Positions 28,465 through 37,843 of a DNA stretch of 59,804 nucleotides are shown here, piece after piece (position 1 is the stretch's first letter; every line of letters starts with the position of its first letter). The notes below the pieces were generated by a model, which searched no databases, was not told the origin of the DNA, and worked only from the letters and a program-made list of their open reading frames with translations. The DNA comes from Minisyncoccota bacterium (GTDB lineage Bacteria > Patescibacteriota > Minisyncoccia > Phycocordibacterales > UBA918): NCBI GenBank assembly GCA_022841645.1, contig JALHRC010000006.1, forward strand, positions 1-59,804, given 5' to 3'. The position numbers and the translations under genes are program-made.

Positions 28465-29040
28465 TTATAAGCGAGCCGCGACGACCTCCCAGTTGAGGTT
28501 ATTGAAAAATGCCGTGACATACTCCTTCTTCTTGCTTGGTGGGTAGTCGCGCATGTACGAGTGCTCCCACATATCGAGGGCGAGGACAATATCGAGGTCG
28601 GCCAGTTGCCCCAGGTGCTGCTCGTCCACCCACGCGGTGACCAGCTGGTCGGTATGGGGATCATGATAGAGCATAGCCCAGCCGACACCACGGGTCATCG
28701 CAATGCGGGTAAAGTGCTCGAGGAAGCCTTCAAGGCTTCGCCAGGTAGCGACGATTTTTTCTTGCAGTGGTCCCGGAGGGAGGGGTCGGCCGCCACCCTC
28801 AAGCTGTGCAAAGTAGTACTCGTGGTTGCGCATACCCCCAAACTCAAACCCGAGGCGCCGCTGCATCTCCGAGATGGCGTAGCTATTGCTCGCGAGATCA
28901 TGTTCGTAGGCTTCGATTTTTTCGTGAATGAGATTGACGTGCTTTACGTATCCTTCATAGAGGCCTAGGTGTTCCTTAATGGTCTCTTCCGAAATACCGT
29001 CCAGAGTCGGAATCTCAAACGATAGTGGTTCGTATTTCAT
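28465..29040 (-). CDS. Fe/Mn superoxide dismutase
   Basis: It has the C-terminal DMWEHSYMRDY metal-ligand motif. ATG at 29040 (MKYEPLSFEIP) was chosen. Confidence 0.9.
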   Translation of the reverse strand: MKYEPLSFEIPTLDGISEETIKEHLGLYEGYVKHVNLIHEKIEAYEHDLASNSYAISEMQRRLGFEFGGMRNHEYYFAQLEGGGRPLPPGPLQEKIVATWRSLEGFLEHFTRIAMTRGVGWAMLYHDPHTDQLVTAWVDEQHLGQLADLDIVLALDMWEHSYMRDYPPSKKKEYVTAFFNNLNWEVVAARL

Positions 29041-29120
29041 AATCAGGATGGCTAGTGAGTAACTTCTCTTCATTTTAACACGTATGCTAAACATCGTCCC
29101 GGCTGCGCTATACTTTTTTT

Positions 29121-30035
29121 ATGAATGAGAGTGTACTGCGATTGAGGCTACTGGCGCTCGGGGTGATGGCGGTGGTGACACTCCTCCTGTGGCTACCTCT
29201 CGTGGGCGCTGCGGTAGTAGGGAGTAGCGCAACCGCGCTCCTTGGTATTGGTGGAGTAAGTAAAAACAGTAACGAACTCCACGTCGCTTTTCTTGATGTG
29301 GGACAAGGGGATGCCATTTTTATTGAAACACCCGACGGGGTGCAGGTGCTGATTGACGGCGGGCCCGATGGCAGTGTGGTGCGCGAAATTACTGAGGTCA
29401 TAGCAGTCGGCGATCGTACGATCGATCTCCTCATCGGCACTCATCCCGACAAGGACCATGTGGCGGGCCTCACTGACATCCTGGCACGCTACGAGGTGGC
29501 AGAAGTGCTACGTACGGAAAATGTAAACGATACAGCAGCGTCGGAAGCTTTTGACACTGCTGTGGAGAGCGAGGGTGCAAAAGTGACCTACGCTCGTTCG
29601 GGCCAGGTGTGGCGACTCGGGGCCTCTACCACCCTGACCATTCTCTCGCCCATAAGTGACCCGGCACCTTGGGAGAGTAATGCTTCGTCCATCGTGGCGC
29701 TCTTGCGTTATGGCACAACCGAGTTTCTTCTTACCGGTGACGCGCCGGAGGGAACAGAGCAGTATCTCGTGGATCAGTACGGAAGTAGTCTAAAGAGCGA
29801 GGTGCTGAAGCTTGGGCACCACGGCTCCCGCACCTCCTCGAGTGAAGATTTTTTGCGGGTGGTAGAACCTCAGTATGCGGTCGTTTCGGCAGGCAAGGAC
29901 AACGATTACGGGCATCCGCATCCCGAAGTGGTGGAGCGCGTAGAGAACGTCGGTGCGCAGCTCCTTAGTACGGCCGAAGCCGGAACGATTATATTTATAA
30001 GTGACGGGAAAGTGGTTCGAGCGATAACTAACTGA
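29121..30035 (+). CDS. membrane-anchored metallo-beta-lactamase protein (ComEC C-terminal nuclease-domain homolog)
   Basis: It has FLDVGQGDAIFIE, THPDKDHVAGL, LKLGHHGS and YGHPH motifs, and an N-terminal TM helix. Confidence 0.88.
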   Translation: MNESVLRLRLLALGVMAVVTLLLWLPLVGAAVVGSSATALLGIGGVSKNSNELHVAFLDVGQGDAIFIETPDGVQVLIDGGPDGSVVREITEVIAVGDRTIDLLIGTHPDKDHVAGLTDILARYEVAEVLRTENVNDTAASEAFDTAVESEGAKVTYARSGQVWRLGASTTLTILSPISDPAPWESNASSIVALLRYGTTEFLLTGDAPEGTEQYLVDQYGSSLKSEVLKLGHHGSRTSSSEDFLRVVEPQYAVVSAGKDNDYGHPHPEVVERVENVGAQLLSTAEAGTIIFISDGKVVRAITN

Positions 30036-30052
30036 AGCTCTGGGCTCACGTG

Positions 30053-30072
30053 TAGTACGATCGATCGTACTA
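30053..30072. repeat. perfect 20-bp palindrome TAGTACGATCGATCGTACTA (copy 2)
   Basis: Identical to 23307-23326. It lies between the convergent MBL gene and rpmB. Confidence 0.9.
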
Positions 30073-30087
30073 GGTAATTCAGGCCAC

Positions 30088-30129
30088 AAAAACAGCACCG
30101 CGGGGCAGGGGCCCCGCGGTGCTGTTTTT
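30088..30129. terminator. bidirectional intrinsic terminator
   Basis: aaaaacagcaccgcgggg pairs with ccccgcggtgctgttttt, with A and T runs on both sides. Confidence 0.85.
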
Positions 30130-30133
30130 GTGC

Positions 30134-30376
30134 TTAGATCAGTCCAGCCGTCTTGAGGGTCTGGTAGGCGCCGTTTTTGGCGATGGTGCGGAGGCCCTTA
30201 GTCGAAACGGTGAGGGTAATGCTCTTACCAAGCTCGGGTACAAAAATACGCTTCTTCTGGAGGTTGGGGCTGCGTCGTACCTTGCCACACGGATTAAACT
30301 GCGTCGCACGAGTGCGGTTGCTGTAGCGGCCACCCACTTGGGTGCTCTTGCCGGTGATGTCGCATTGCTTAGCCAT
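30134..30376 (-). CDS. rpmB: 50S ribosomal protein L28
   Basis: MAKQCDITGK...NRTR...NLQKKR is the L28 signature. ATG at 30376 was chosen. Confidence 0.9.
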   Translation of the reverse strand: MAKQCDITGKSTQVGGRYSNRTRATQFNPCGKVRRSPNLQKKRIFVPELGKSITLTVSTKGLRTIAKNGAYQTLKTAGLI

Positions 30377-30412
30377 AGGTAAATTAGGTCGCGCCATACT
30401 ACCAGTCATCGC

Positions 30413-31099
30413 TTGCTATTGCAAGCGATTCTCCGTACCATGGCAGTACCTATGGAACTGCTCTTCATCGCGCAAATTGTCGCCCTTATCATGTCAATCG
30501 TCATTCACGAGATGGCACACGGTCATGCTGCCAATCTCTTGGGCGATCCAACTGCTCGCCTACAAGGTCGTTTGTCCGCCAATCCTTTGGTCCACCTCGA
30601 CCCTCTGATGTCGGTAATTGTCCCGGGACTCCTGATTGCAAGCGGTTCCCCGATTCTCTTTGGTGCCGCGAAGCCCGTCCCCTACAACCCATACAATTTT
30701 CGCAACCAGAAGTGGGGAGAGGCGATTGTAGCGGTAGCGGGGCCAGTCGCGAACCTTGTCATTGCGGTGGTGTTTGCGGCACTGATTGGTGCTTCCCAAG
30801 TGCTGGGCCTCTCGCCTACCTTTGTCACCTTAGCGGCTCAGATCGTCGTTATGAATATTTTCTTGGCGCTCTTTAACCTGGTGCCTATTCCGCCGCTTGA
30901 TGGCTCAAAGATCCTGCCCCGCCTTTTGCCGCTTTCGCTGGCCCTACGCTATGACTCTCTGCGGCGCGTGATGGAACGCAATGTCATGCTGGCCTTTGGT
31001 GTTGTGATTATTGTCTTTGTGTTTGTGCTGGGAGGCCCGCTCAGTGCCGTCACCAACTTCTTGGCGGAGGCGCTCATTAGCTTGTTTTGGTTTTCTTAG
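30413..31099 (+). CDS. M50-family (site-2 protease-like) membrane metalloprotease
   Basis: It has HEMAHG zinc motif in a TM helix and an NLVPIPPLDG second motif. Confidence 0.85.
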   Translation: MLLQAILRTMAVPMELLFIAQIVALIMSIVIHEMAHGHAANLLGDPTARLQGRLSANPLVHLDPLMSVIVPGLLIASGSPILFGAAKPVPYNPYNFRNQKWGEAIVAVAGPVANLVIAVVFAALIGASQVLGLSPTFVTLAAQIVVMNIFLALFNLVPIPPLDGSKILPRLLPLSLALRYDSLRRVMERNVMLAFGVVIIVFVFVLGGPLSAVTNFLAEALISLFWFS

Positions 31100-31187
31100 A
31101 AAAGAGGGCTGCGAGCGTCCGTGACCACTAGCTCTATAACAAGCTTGCAAAAAAACAAGCCTGTAGTATGCTACGCGGGCTACAAAT

Positions 31188-31601
31188 ATGGCCACCATTC
31201 AACAGTTGACCCGCAAAAAGCGCCGCGATCCGGTGCGCAAGAGCAAGACCGAAGTCTTGCACTGGGGTTTTAATAAAATCGAAAACCACCCCAACAAGTA
31301 CCACTCACCCTTCAAGCGTGGTGTGTGTACCCGTGTGACCACCAAGACTCCTCGTAAGCCAAACTCAGCTATCCGCAAGATTGCTCGTGTCCGTCTTAGT
31401 AACGGCAAGGAAATTACTGCCTACATCCCGGGTATTGGCCACAACCTCCAGGAGCACTCGGTAGTACTGGTACGCGGTGGACGCGTGAAGGACATCGGTG
31501 TCCAGTACACCATCGTCCGTGGTAAGTACGACGCAACGGGCGTTTCTGCTCGTCGCATGGGTCGTTCACGGTACGGCGCCAAAAAGCCTAAGTCGAAATA
31601 G
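31188..31601 (+). CDS. rpsL: 30S ribosomal protein S12
   Basis: It has the [31 protein letters not shown] signature. Confidence 0.97.
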   Translation: MATIQQLTRKKRRDPVRKSKTEVLHWGFNKIENHPNKYHSPFKRGVCTRVTTKTPRKPNSAIRKIARVRLSNGKEITAYIPGIGHNLQEHSVVLVRGGRVKDIGVQYTIVRGKYDATGVSARRMGRSRYGAKKPKSK

Positions 31602-31830
31602 GAAGACCACACGCCTCACGTGGCGTGTGCCCTGAAGTGTTCACGGGTCATTCGACCGGTGAGCGCTTGCGGACACGCGATACACAATAGTCTATATTCG
31701 CTACAGATACCGAGTGCCAGAACAATTGTTCGGGGCATTATGCGAAGAATGAGCGCCCAAGCGCCTTTCTCTTAATCGATGTACGACCGAGCGCGGCTGC
31801 GTAATTAACTACGTAATTAATTCAATAACT

Positions 31831-32304
31831 ATGCGTCGACCAATTAAGAAGCGACCGGTGGTAAGTCCAGATGTGCAGTACGGATCAGTCGATGTAGAAC
31901 GTCTCATTAACTATGTGATGCTCCGTGGCCAGAAGGAAACCGCCCGCAAGATTGTCTACAGTGCCTTTGAGGAAATGAAGAATGCTGGGAAGGAAGCGGC
32001 CGATCCACTGGAGGTCTTTATGACTGCGATGCGAAACGCTGGCCCCCTCATGGAAGTACGTAGTCGCCGCGTCGGTGGCGCAAACTACCAGGTGCCGCGC
32101 GAAGTACGCCCCGAGCGCCGCGTGGCGCTTGCACTCCGTTGGATCATCGGGGCTGCCCGTGGTCAGAAGGGTGTGCCGATGCACAAAGCCCTCGCGCAGG
32201 AGCTGATGCTCGCTGCTAAGGAAGAAGGCAACGCCGTGAAGAAGCGTGAGGATGTGCACAAGATGGCGGAGGCTAATCGTGCCTTTGCCCACTTTGCTTG
32301 GTAG
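31831..32304 (+). CDS. rpsG: 30S ribosomal protein S7
   Basis: 157 aa. It has [11 protein letters not shown] and a C-terminal [10 protein letters not shown]. Confidence 0.97.
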   Translation: MRRPIKKRPVVSPDVQYGSVDVERLINYVMLRGQKETARKIVYSAFEEMKNAGKEAADPLEVFMTAMRNAGPLMEVRSRRVGGANYQVPREVRPERRVALALRWIIGAARGQKGVPMHKALAQELMLAAKEEGNAVKKREDVHKMAEANRAFAHFAW

Positions 32305-32340
32305 TCGTGATTTTGAACGAATTGCTTCGTTGAACTACGA

Positions 32341-32386
32341 AAAAAGACCCTCCCTGGACCCATCAAGTCCCGGTCGGGTCTTTTTT
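32341..32386 (+). terminator. intrinsic terminator directly after rpsG
   Basis: aaaaagaccc pairs with gggtcttttt, with a T-run. Confidence 0.8.
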
Positions 32387-32486
32387 CTTGTTCGCCTCGC
32401 ACTTCATTTCAAAATCGCAACTACCACTGGTGTGTAGCTACGTTTTTCCGCTAGCGCCACGCCTAGCATTCAATTTGTGAAAGTTT

Positions 32487-32520
32487 CAGAAAAACAGACC
32501 CAATTGGGTCTGTTTTTCTG
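32487..32520. terminator. bidirectional terminator
   Basis: cagaaaaacagaccc-aatt-gggtctgtttttctg. Confidence 0.85.
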
Positions 32521-32524
32521 TTAG

Positions 32525-32779
32525 TTAATAGAGCTGGCTGTGTGAGCCAATCCTAATGAACGACAGAAGATCTCTGGTGCGTAGAAATTGTGCCCGATAA
32601 TCTCCTGTCACGTTGATAGTTTCAATCGGGTAGTCAGCACCTGTAAGAGTATGGAGTTGTAGAAGCGGGTGGGTAGGCGTAGTAAGCAATAACTGCAACC
32701 GCTCATTAAATTTAGCCTGAATTTTCTTCGGAAGCTTTTTATACTGCTTTAAAAATTCTTTCCTAAATTCAACTTCCAT
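32525..32779 (-). CDS. RelE/YafQ-type mRNA interferase toxin
   Basis: 84 aa. It has HPLLQLHTLTGADYP...GDYRAQF.....IRIGSHSQLY. Confidence 0.85.
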   Translation of the reverse strand: MEVEFRKEFLKQYKKLPKKIQAKFNERLQLLLTTPTHPLLQLHTLTGADYPIETINVTGDYRAQFLRTRDLLSFIRIGSHSQLY

Positions 32780-32793
32780 GAGATAGTGCCTAA

Positions 32794-33066
32794 CTATTTA
32801 TTAAGCCAAGCAATCGCGTCGGTGGCATTTGAAAATCGCGGAGACATATTTCGGCCAGTTCGAACTTCCCTGATGCAGCGATTTATTTCCTTAATTATTT
32901 CAGGTCGAAGCTCTGGCTCGCGACTAACGCTGAATTCACCAGTTGCAATAAAAGCTTTTAGGTGGGCATTCACGATAGTCGATAGGGGAATGCCCAGGTG
33001 CTTCGCTAGGGCCTGCGCCTTCTCTTTCACTTCCTTGTCAGTTTTGACGTTGAGTACAGTTTTCAT
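32794..33066 (-). CDS. DinJ/RelB-family antitoxin
   Basis: MKTVLNVKTDKEVKEKAQALAKHLGIPLSTIVNAHL is typical of DinJ. ATG at 33066 was chosen. Confidence 0.8.
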   Translation of the reverse strand: MKTVLNVKTDKEVKEKAQALAKHLGIPLSTIVNAHLKAFIATGEFSVSREPELRPEIIKEINRCIREVRTGRNMSPRFSNATDAIAWLNK

Positions 33067-33151
33067 ACTTATAACCATTGTATACACAACAGTTACTATC
33101 GTCAACACGAGCTAGGTTGGATGGGACGGAGGGTATGGTGAGCCTACAGTT

Positions 33152-33502
33152 CTACAAACTCGCGCCGTCGAATTCGGTGACCTTGACCGAGGAGAAATCG
33201 AAGTCCTCGAGGCAATTGAGGTTGATCATCGTCATGTAGTTGCCCTTGCCATCCTGGCCATGGCCGTACGACTGAACACCGCAAGTTTTGCAGAAGGTAT
33301 GGTCGATGTGGTGTTTATTAAAGTGGTAGGTCGTCTGGGCGTCGGCTCCCCGGAGAAGAGTAAAAGCTGAGTCTGGAGCAAAGGCGAGCAAGAACCCTTT
33401 CCGTCTACAGTGCGAACAATTACACCGCATGCCCTCGGTAAACTCCCCCTCCACCGTGTACGCTACTGCTCCGCAGTGACAACTGCCTGTATATGTTTTC
33501 AT
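33152..33502 (-). CDS. GFA/CENP-V family protein (glutathione-dependent formaldehyde-activating-like)
   Basis: 116 aa with CHCG, CNCSHC and CKTCG zinc motifs. Confidence 0.88.
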   Translation of the reverse strand: MKTYTGSCHCGAVAYTVEGEFTEGMRCNCSHCRRKGFLLAFAPDSAFTLLRGADAQTTYHFNKHHIDHTFCKTCGVQSYGHGQDGKGNYMTMINLNCLEDFDFSSVKVTEFDGASL

Positions 33503-33597
33503 ATGCGCTATGGTACCAGATACTCTCGACTTTGTGAGGAGAGTCTTTTCCCGGGCCTGTATGCACCGTGCTAAAATGACACTATTATTCTAGTTAT

Positions 33598-33945
33598 GTG
33601 TCGCGCATGAATGAGTCATTTGGGGGTACAAGATTAACTGCTTCGGAAGAGGGGCAGCGTTCAGAAAAAATTACTGCTGGTGAAAAACTAGCTTTAGCCT
33701 TGGATGAAGTTCGAGAGACGCTACTCGACCGCCTTGGTTTTACCGACATGGAAGAAGCCCGTCAGCATCCAATTAAAGTGTTAGCTGAACTTGAACGTAT
33801 GACCCAAGAATTCAATAGCGTAGAAGATGGTTCTATGTATTATCAAGCGGAAGCAGCATCACAAGTCCGCTCTATTTTTGAAAGAGCTTTGGCATATGAA
33901 GGTGAGCTGCAGAAATATCCTCAAGCGGCCGCTATCCTTCATTAA
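33598..33945 (+). CDS. hypothetical protein (start possibly ATG 33607)
   Basis: 115-aa helical, acidic ORF with no motif. Confidence 0.5.
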   Translation: MSRMNESFGGTRLTASEEGQRSEKITAGEKLALALDEVRETLLDRLGFTDMEEARQHPIKVLAELERMTQEFNSVEDGSMYYQAEAASQVRSIFERALAYEGELQKYPQAAAILH

Positions 33946-33974
33946 AAACTACTCTCGGTTTTTTGTTCTTTCCC

Positions 33975-35024
33975 ATGTCATCTATCGATTTTGATACAGA
34001 AATAAAACACCACCTCGCCGTCCTCCTCACCCTACGTCGTCCGAACGGTGTCTTTACCGCTGCGCCAATGGAGACCTGGTACGGCAAAGCCTGGTTGCGT
34101 GACATCTACTTCACCACACTGGCCTTTCTCGAGACCGGCGACATGGAAGTGACCAAGTCTGCCGCGAAGGCCCTCCTCTCGGTATTTGTAAAACACAAAG
34201 ACAAAATCAATTGGGCGGTCGAGCACAAGCCCCACGCTGCCTGGCAGTACATCCACGCGCGTTTTCACCCCGAGACGTTTGAAGAATATTGGGAAGAGTG
34301 GGGTAACAGTCAAAATGACGCCGTGGGTGAAGTGCTCAACCTGCTCTCTGAGCTAGAACTCATGGGACAGAGCGTGGTAGAAACCGACGACGAGCGAGCG
34401 ATGGTCCAAACTATCGTCGATTATCTCGTGCGCCTCGAGTACTGGCACGACGCCGATAACGGCATTTGGGAAGAAGCCATGGAAGTGCACGCCTCATCGA
34501 TTGGTTCAGTGGTGGCCGCACTCAAGAAAGCCGCGCAACTCCCGTGGATTACGGTGCCATCGCAGGCAATCGAGGAGGGTGAGAAGGCATTGCGGCGCCT
34601 CCTCCCTCGAGAGTCGGAGAGCAAATTTTGTGACTTGGCACTTCTCTCACTCATTTACCCCTTCAACATTACGACCGAGGAGGAAACGCTCGCGATTTTG
34701 CGTAACGTGGAGTATCACCTCGTAAAAGACAAAGGGCTGCTGCGTTACAAAAACGACCGCTATTTTAATGCTAACCAAGACGGCTGGAGCGAAGAAGCTG
34801 AATGGTGCTTTGGCCTTTCCTGGCTCGCCATCATCTACGCACAGCGCGGTGAAAAGGAAAAAGCTCACTACTATATGCGTCGCGCCAAGGGTACCGTTAC
34901 TCCGGACGGCCTCGTGCCAGAGCTCTACTATTCCCACACCGATACTTGGAACGCTCACACCCCCTTAGGCTGGGCGGTAAGTATGTATGTGGTGGCCCTC
35001 GAGAAGGTACGTCAGCTTACTTAG
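33975..35024 (+). CDS. glycoside hydrolase family 15-like (glucoamylase-type alpha/alpha barrel only)
   Basis: It has AWLRDIYF, SQNDAVGEVL and NGIWEE motifs. About 350 aa, with no starch-binding or N-terminal domain. Confidence 0.7.
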   Translation: MSSIDFDTEIKHHLAVLLTLRRPNGVFTAAPMETWYGKAWLRDIYFTTLAFLETGDMEVTKSAAKALLSVFVKHKDKINWAVEHKPHAAWQYIHARFHPETFEEYWEEWGNSQNDAVGEVLNLLSELELMGQSVVETDDERAMVQTIVDYLVRLEYWHDADNGIWEEAMEVHASSIGSVVAALKKAAQLPWITVPSQAIEEGEKALRRLLPRESESKFCDLALLSLIYPFNITTEEETLAILRNVEYHLVKDKGLLRYKNDRYFNANQDGWSEEAEWCFGLSWLAIIYAQRGEKEKAHYYMRRAKGTVTPDGLVPELYYSHTDTWNAHTPLGWAVSMYVVALEKVRQLT

Positions 35025-35047
35025 GACAGATTTGTTATACTAGAGGG

Positions 35048-35629
35048 ATGAAATACGCAATTTTTATTCTACTCGTTGTTGCGATTGGCGCTGGTTTTGC
35101 AAGTACCCTCCTTGTTAACCCAGCACCCGCTACACCGCCAGTTGAAGAAGGGGTCATGTGCACCCTGGACGCCATGATGTGTCCTGATGGATCATATGTA
35201 GGAAGGAGCGGTCCGAATTGCGAGTTTGTCTGCCCACCAGCACCAGTGGTGCCAGAGGATGTGCAAGCGCACATTGATGCCAAGACAGACCTGATCACCC
35301 TCGCAAGTCCTGTCCCCGGCGCGTTTGTTACGTCTCCCCTTACCCTCACAGGGCAGGCTCGGGGGAATTGGTTTTTTGAAGCATCGTTTCCGATTACTCT
35401 GGTTAACTGGGACGGGTTAATTATTGCCGAGAGCTATGCCACTGCCGAGGGTGACTGGATGACCGAAGATTTTGTGCCGTTCTCCGCCACGATCGAGTTC
35501 GAGAACCCTTACCCGCCAGGTGGCCCCGATTTTATGAAGCGCGGAGCCGTCATTTTGCAGAAGGATAATCCATCAGGGCTTCCCGAGTATGATGATGCAG
35601 TCGAGATCCCCGTTTTGTTTGCACAATGA
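35048..35629 (+). CDS. secreted protein with Gmad2-like immunoglobulin-like domain
   Basis: It has a signal or TM segment and a Cys-rich linker. SPLTLTGQARGNWFFEASFPITLVNWDG...FVPFSATIEF resembles Gmad2. Confidence 0.55.
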   Translation: MKYAIFILLVVAIGAGFASTLLVNPAPATPPVEEGVMCTLDAMMCPDGSYVGRSGPNCEFVCPPAPVVPEDVQAHIDAKTDLITLASPVPGAFVTSPLTLTGQARGNWFFEASFPITLVNWDGLIIAESYATAEGDWMTEDFVPFSATIEFENPYPPGGPDFMKRGAVILQKDNPSGLPEYDDAVEIPVLFAQ

Positions 35630-35649
35630 TGTAATTGTACGTGAACTCT

Positions 35650-35922
35650 ATGCACGAGACTGATCCAGTAGAAAGAATTGAAACCATGGTGCGGGGCCTC
35701 AGCAACCAAGCGGAACGCTATACCAAGCCGGCCCGTAAGCGCTACCCACTGCTCTTTGCGTTTCTTTTCACCTTTAGCGCCGCCGCCATTTTTCAGGGGT
35801 TTGAAATTTTTGCTAACCAGGTGCCGTTTTTCCAGGAGCATCCACTCGGCCTCATGGCAGGTGGCATTCTTCTATTGCTTTTCACCGGCAGTCTCTATAA
35901 GGCGTTACATAAGCCTGACTAA
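35650..35922 (+). CDS. small two-TM membrane protein, hypothetical
   Basis: It has two hydrophobic helices (LLFAFLFTFSAAAIF, LMAGGILLLLFTG). Confidence 0.45.
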   Translation: MHETDPVERIETMVRGLSNQAERYTKPARKRYPLLFAFLFTFSAAAIFQGFEIFANQVPFFQEHPLGLMAGGILLLLFTGSLYKALHKPD

Positions 35923-36226
35923 GTGTGCATACCCTGCTGTTTGTGTGGGATGGTGAGTTATATACTAGAAGTACCCGAAGGTAATTATGATATCCATGAG
36001 CACTACCGCTTAAAAAACTGCTGACGATTATTTAGTTAAGAAATTTGTCTATGGCCAAAGGACGCGATATGCGTAAAGAGAAGAAGAAGCCAAAGAAAGA
36101 TAAGGGTAAATAAGGAGGCCGCAGGCCGACTATATTTCCCTTATGCAGGCGCCTCGCTACTTTTGAGCATCAAAGCGACAAAAGTAGCGGCGGCGAGCTG
36201 CTAAGTTGGGAAAGTAAGCGAAGACA

Positions 36227-36259
36227 AAAAGCGGGCGGGCCTTGGGTCCGCCCGCTTTT
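36227..36259 (+). terminator. intrinsic terminator
   Basis: gcgggcgg pairs with ccgcccgc, followed by tttt. Confidence 0.8.
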
Positions 36260-36299
36260 GCTATGGAATGAGTGCGGTAAGTAGTGTACAGTAGCGCGC

Positions 36300-37790
36300 A
36301 TGTCACGCGCTGAAGGAATTATTGTGTTCAAGGACGTATCGTACGAATACGATGCCACTCGTCCGGTGCTGCGGGGGGCAAATTTTGTAGTGCGTCGTGG
36401 CGCCAAGCTTACCTTGATGGGCCAAAACGGGGCCGGCAAAAGTACTATTTTTGCGCTTATCACGGGGACGCTGCGACCCGAGGCGGGTGCCATCAATCTT
36501 GAGCCCCGTACCTCGATTGCTATCTCGCGCCAAATCATCCCCCGTGACGAACTACCACTGACGGTTCGTGATTTTTTCCTACGCTCGTTTTCAGAAAAAA
36601 AGTACGACATTGACCCACGTATCGACGAGGTGCTCGAGATTGTGAATCTCGCTCCGGCTGAAAAAATGCGCGACGCGTTTAAGGAGCGCATCATTGGCAG
36701 TTTCTCTGGTGGTCAGCAGGCGCGTCTTCTCTTAGCGCAGGCACTCATCCAAAATCCCGACGTCCTGTTGCTTGACGAGCCCACTAATAATCTCGACCAC
36801 GCTGGTATCGCCCACCTCACGGACTTTATCAAGGAGTACCGCAAGACGGTGTTGGTAATTTCCCACGACGCCGAGTTCCTCAACGCGTTTACTGACGGCG
36901 TCCTCTACCTTAATGTGCAAAATCGCCAGGTCGAGCAGTACACCGGGACGTACCACGACGTAGTTGCGGACATTGCGGCTCGTGTCGAGAAAGAGCGTCG
37001 GCAAAATGCGCAGCTGGAGAAGGAGATTCAGGCGAATAAGGACAAGGTAAACTACTTTTCAAATAAAGGCGGCAAGATGCGCCTTGTCGCGAAGCGTATG
37101 CGTGACGAAATTGAAGAGGCTGAAGAAAACAAAGTGGACGTGCGCCGGGAAGACAAAACCATTCGGCCATTTACCATCGAGCCACACGCCGATATTCCGC
37201 TGGAGGTCGTGCGCCTTACGTCGGTACAGGTCATTAGAGACCATACACCGAAAGAGGCGGAGGTGAATCTGGTCCTCAAACGTGGGATGCACCTCCAGAT
37301 AGTGGGACCGAACGGTATTGGCAAAACTACCCTTCTTGAAAAGCTGGCTTCTGGTCACGCTAAGGGTGAGCATATTGCTCCCGGGGTAACGATCGGCTAC
37401 TACCGTCAGGATTTTTCTAATCTTGATTTTGACCTCACGGTGTCCGAGGCGCTCATGCAGTCGATGTCACGCAAGATCGAAGAGGAGATGCGCTCTATCG
37501 CAGCGGGCTTCCTGCTGTTTGGGGATGTGATGAAAAATAAAGTGGGTAATCTCTCGGAAGGGCAGAAGGCGCTCCTCGCCTTTTGTAAACTTTCTATGGA
37601 ACGACCAGGCCTCCTCATTCTCGACGAGCCCACCAACCACGTAAACTTTCGTCACATTCCCGTGATTGCGAAAGCACTTTATGACTATAAGGGTGCCATG
37701 ATCTTGGTTTCGCACGTGCCCGAATTTGTGGCCCAGATTCGCATCGACGATACGCTCGACCTCGCCAAACTCACACCGAAAAAGAAATAA
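36300..37790 (+). CDS. ABC-F family ATPase (two ABC cassettes, no TM domain)
   Basis: It has Walker A GQNGAGKST and GPNGIGKTT, and signatures FSGGQQARL and LSEGQKALL. Confidence 0.93.
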   Translation: MSRAEGIIVFKDVSYEYDATRPVLRGANFVVRRGAKLTLMGQNGAGKSTIFALITGTLRPEAGAINLEPRTSIAISRQIIPRDELPLTVRDFFLRSFSEKKYDIDPRIDEVLEIVNLAPAEKMRDAFKERIIGSFSGGQQARLLLAQALIQNPDVLLLDEPTNNLDHAGIAHLTDFIKEYRKTVLVISHDAEFLNAFTDGVLYLNVQNRQVEQYTGTYHDVVADIAARVEKERRQNAQLEKEIQANKDKVNYFSNKGGKMRLVAKRMRDEIEEAEENKVDVRREDKTIRPFTIEPHADIPLEVVRLTSVQVIRDHTPKEAEVNLVLKRGMHLQIVGPNGIGKTTLLEKLASGHAKGEHIAPGVTIGYYRQDFSNLDFDLTVSEALMQSMSRKIEEEMRSIAAGFLLFGDVMKNKVGNLSEGQKALLAFCKLSMERPGLLILDEPTNHVNFRHIPVIAKALYDYKGAMILVSHVPEFVAQIRIDDTLDLAKLTPKKK

Positions 37791-37832
37791 AGAACACACC
37801 GCTCGCTGGTTTTGCCAGCGAGCGGTGTGTTC
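37791..37832. terminator. bidirectional terminator, 19-bp perfect stem
   Basis: agaacacaccgctcgctgg-tttg-ccagcgagcggtgtgttct. Confidence 0.85.
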
Positions 37833-37843
37833 TTCCGTGTCTT

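Noticed and set aside
29421-29440. Partial match (cgatcgtacgatcgatc) to the 20-bp palindrome inside the MBL gene
   Set aside because: It is only a half-site-like fragment within coding sequence (encoding GDRTIDL). It is not a full palindrome.
31602-31830. 229-bp rpsL-rpsG spacer as a mobile insertion
   Set aside because: It contains only a few short hairpins (for example cacacgcc/ggcgtgtg at 31608-30) and no ORF or repeats. It may simply be an enlarged S7 autoregulatory leader, so it is noted only as part of the cluster-fragmentation finding.
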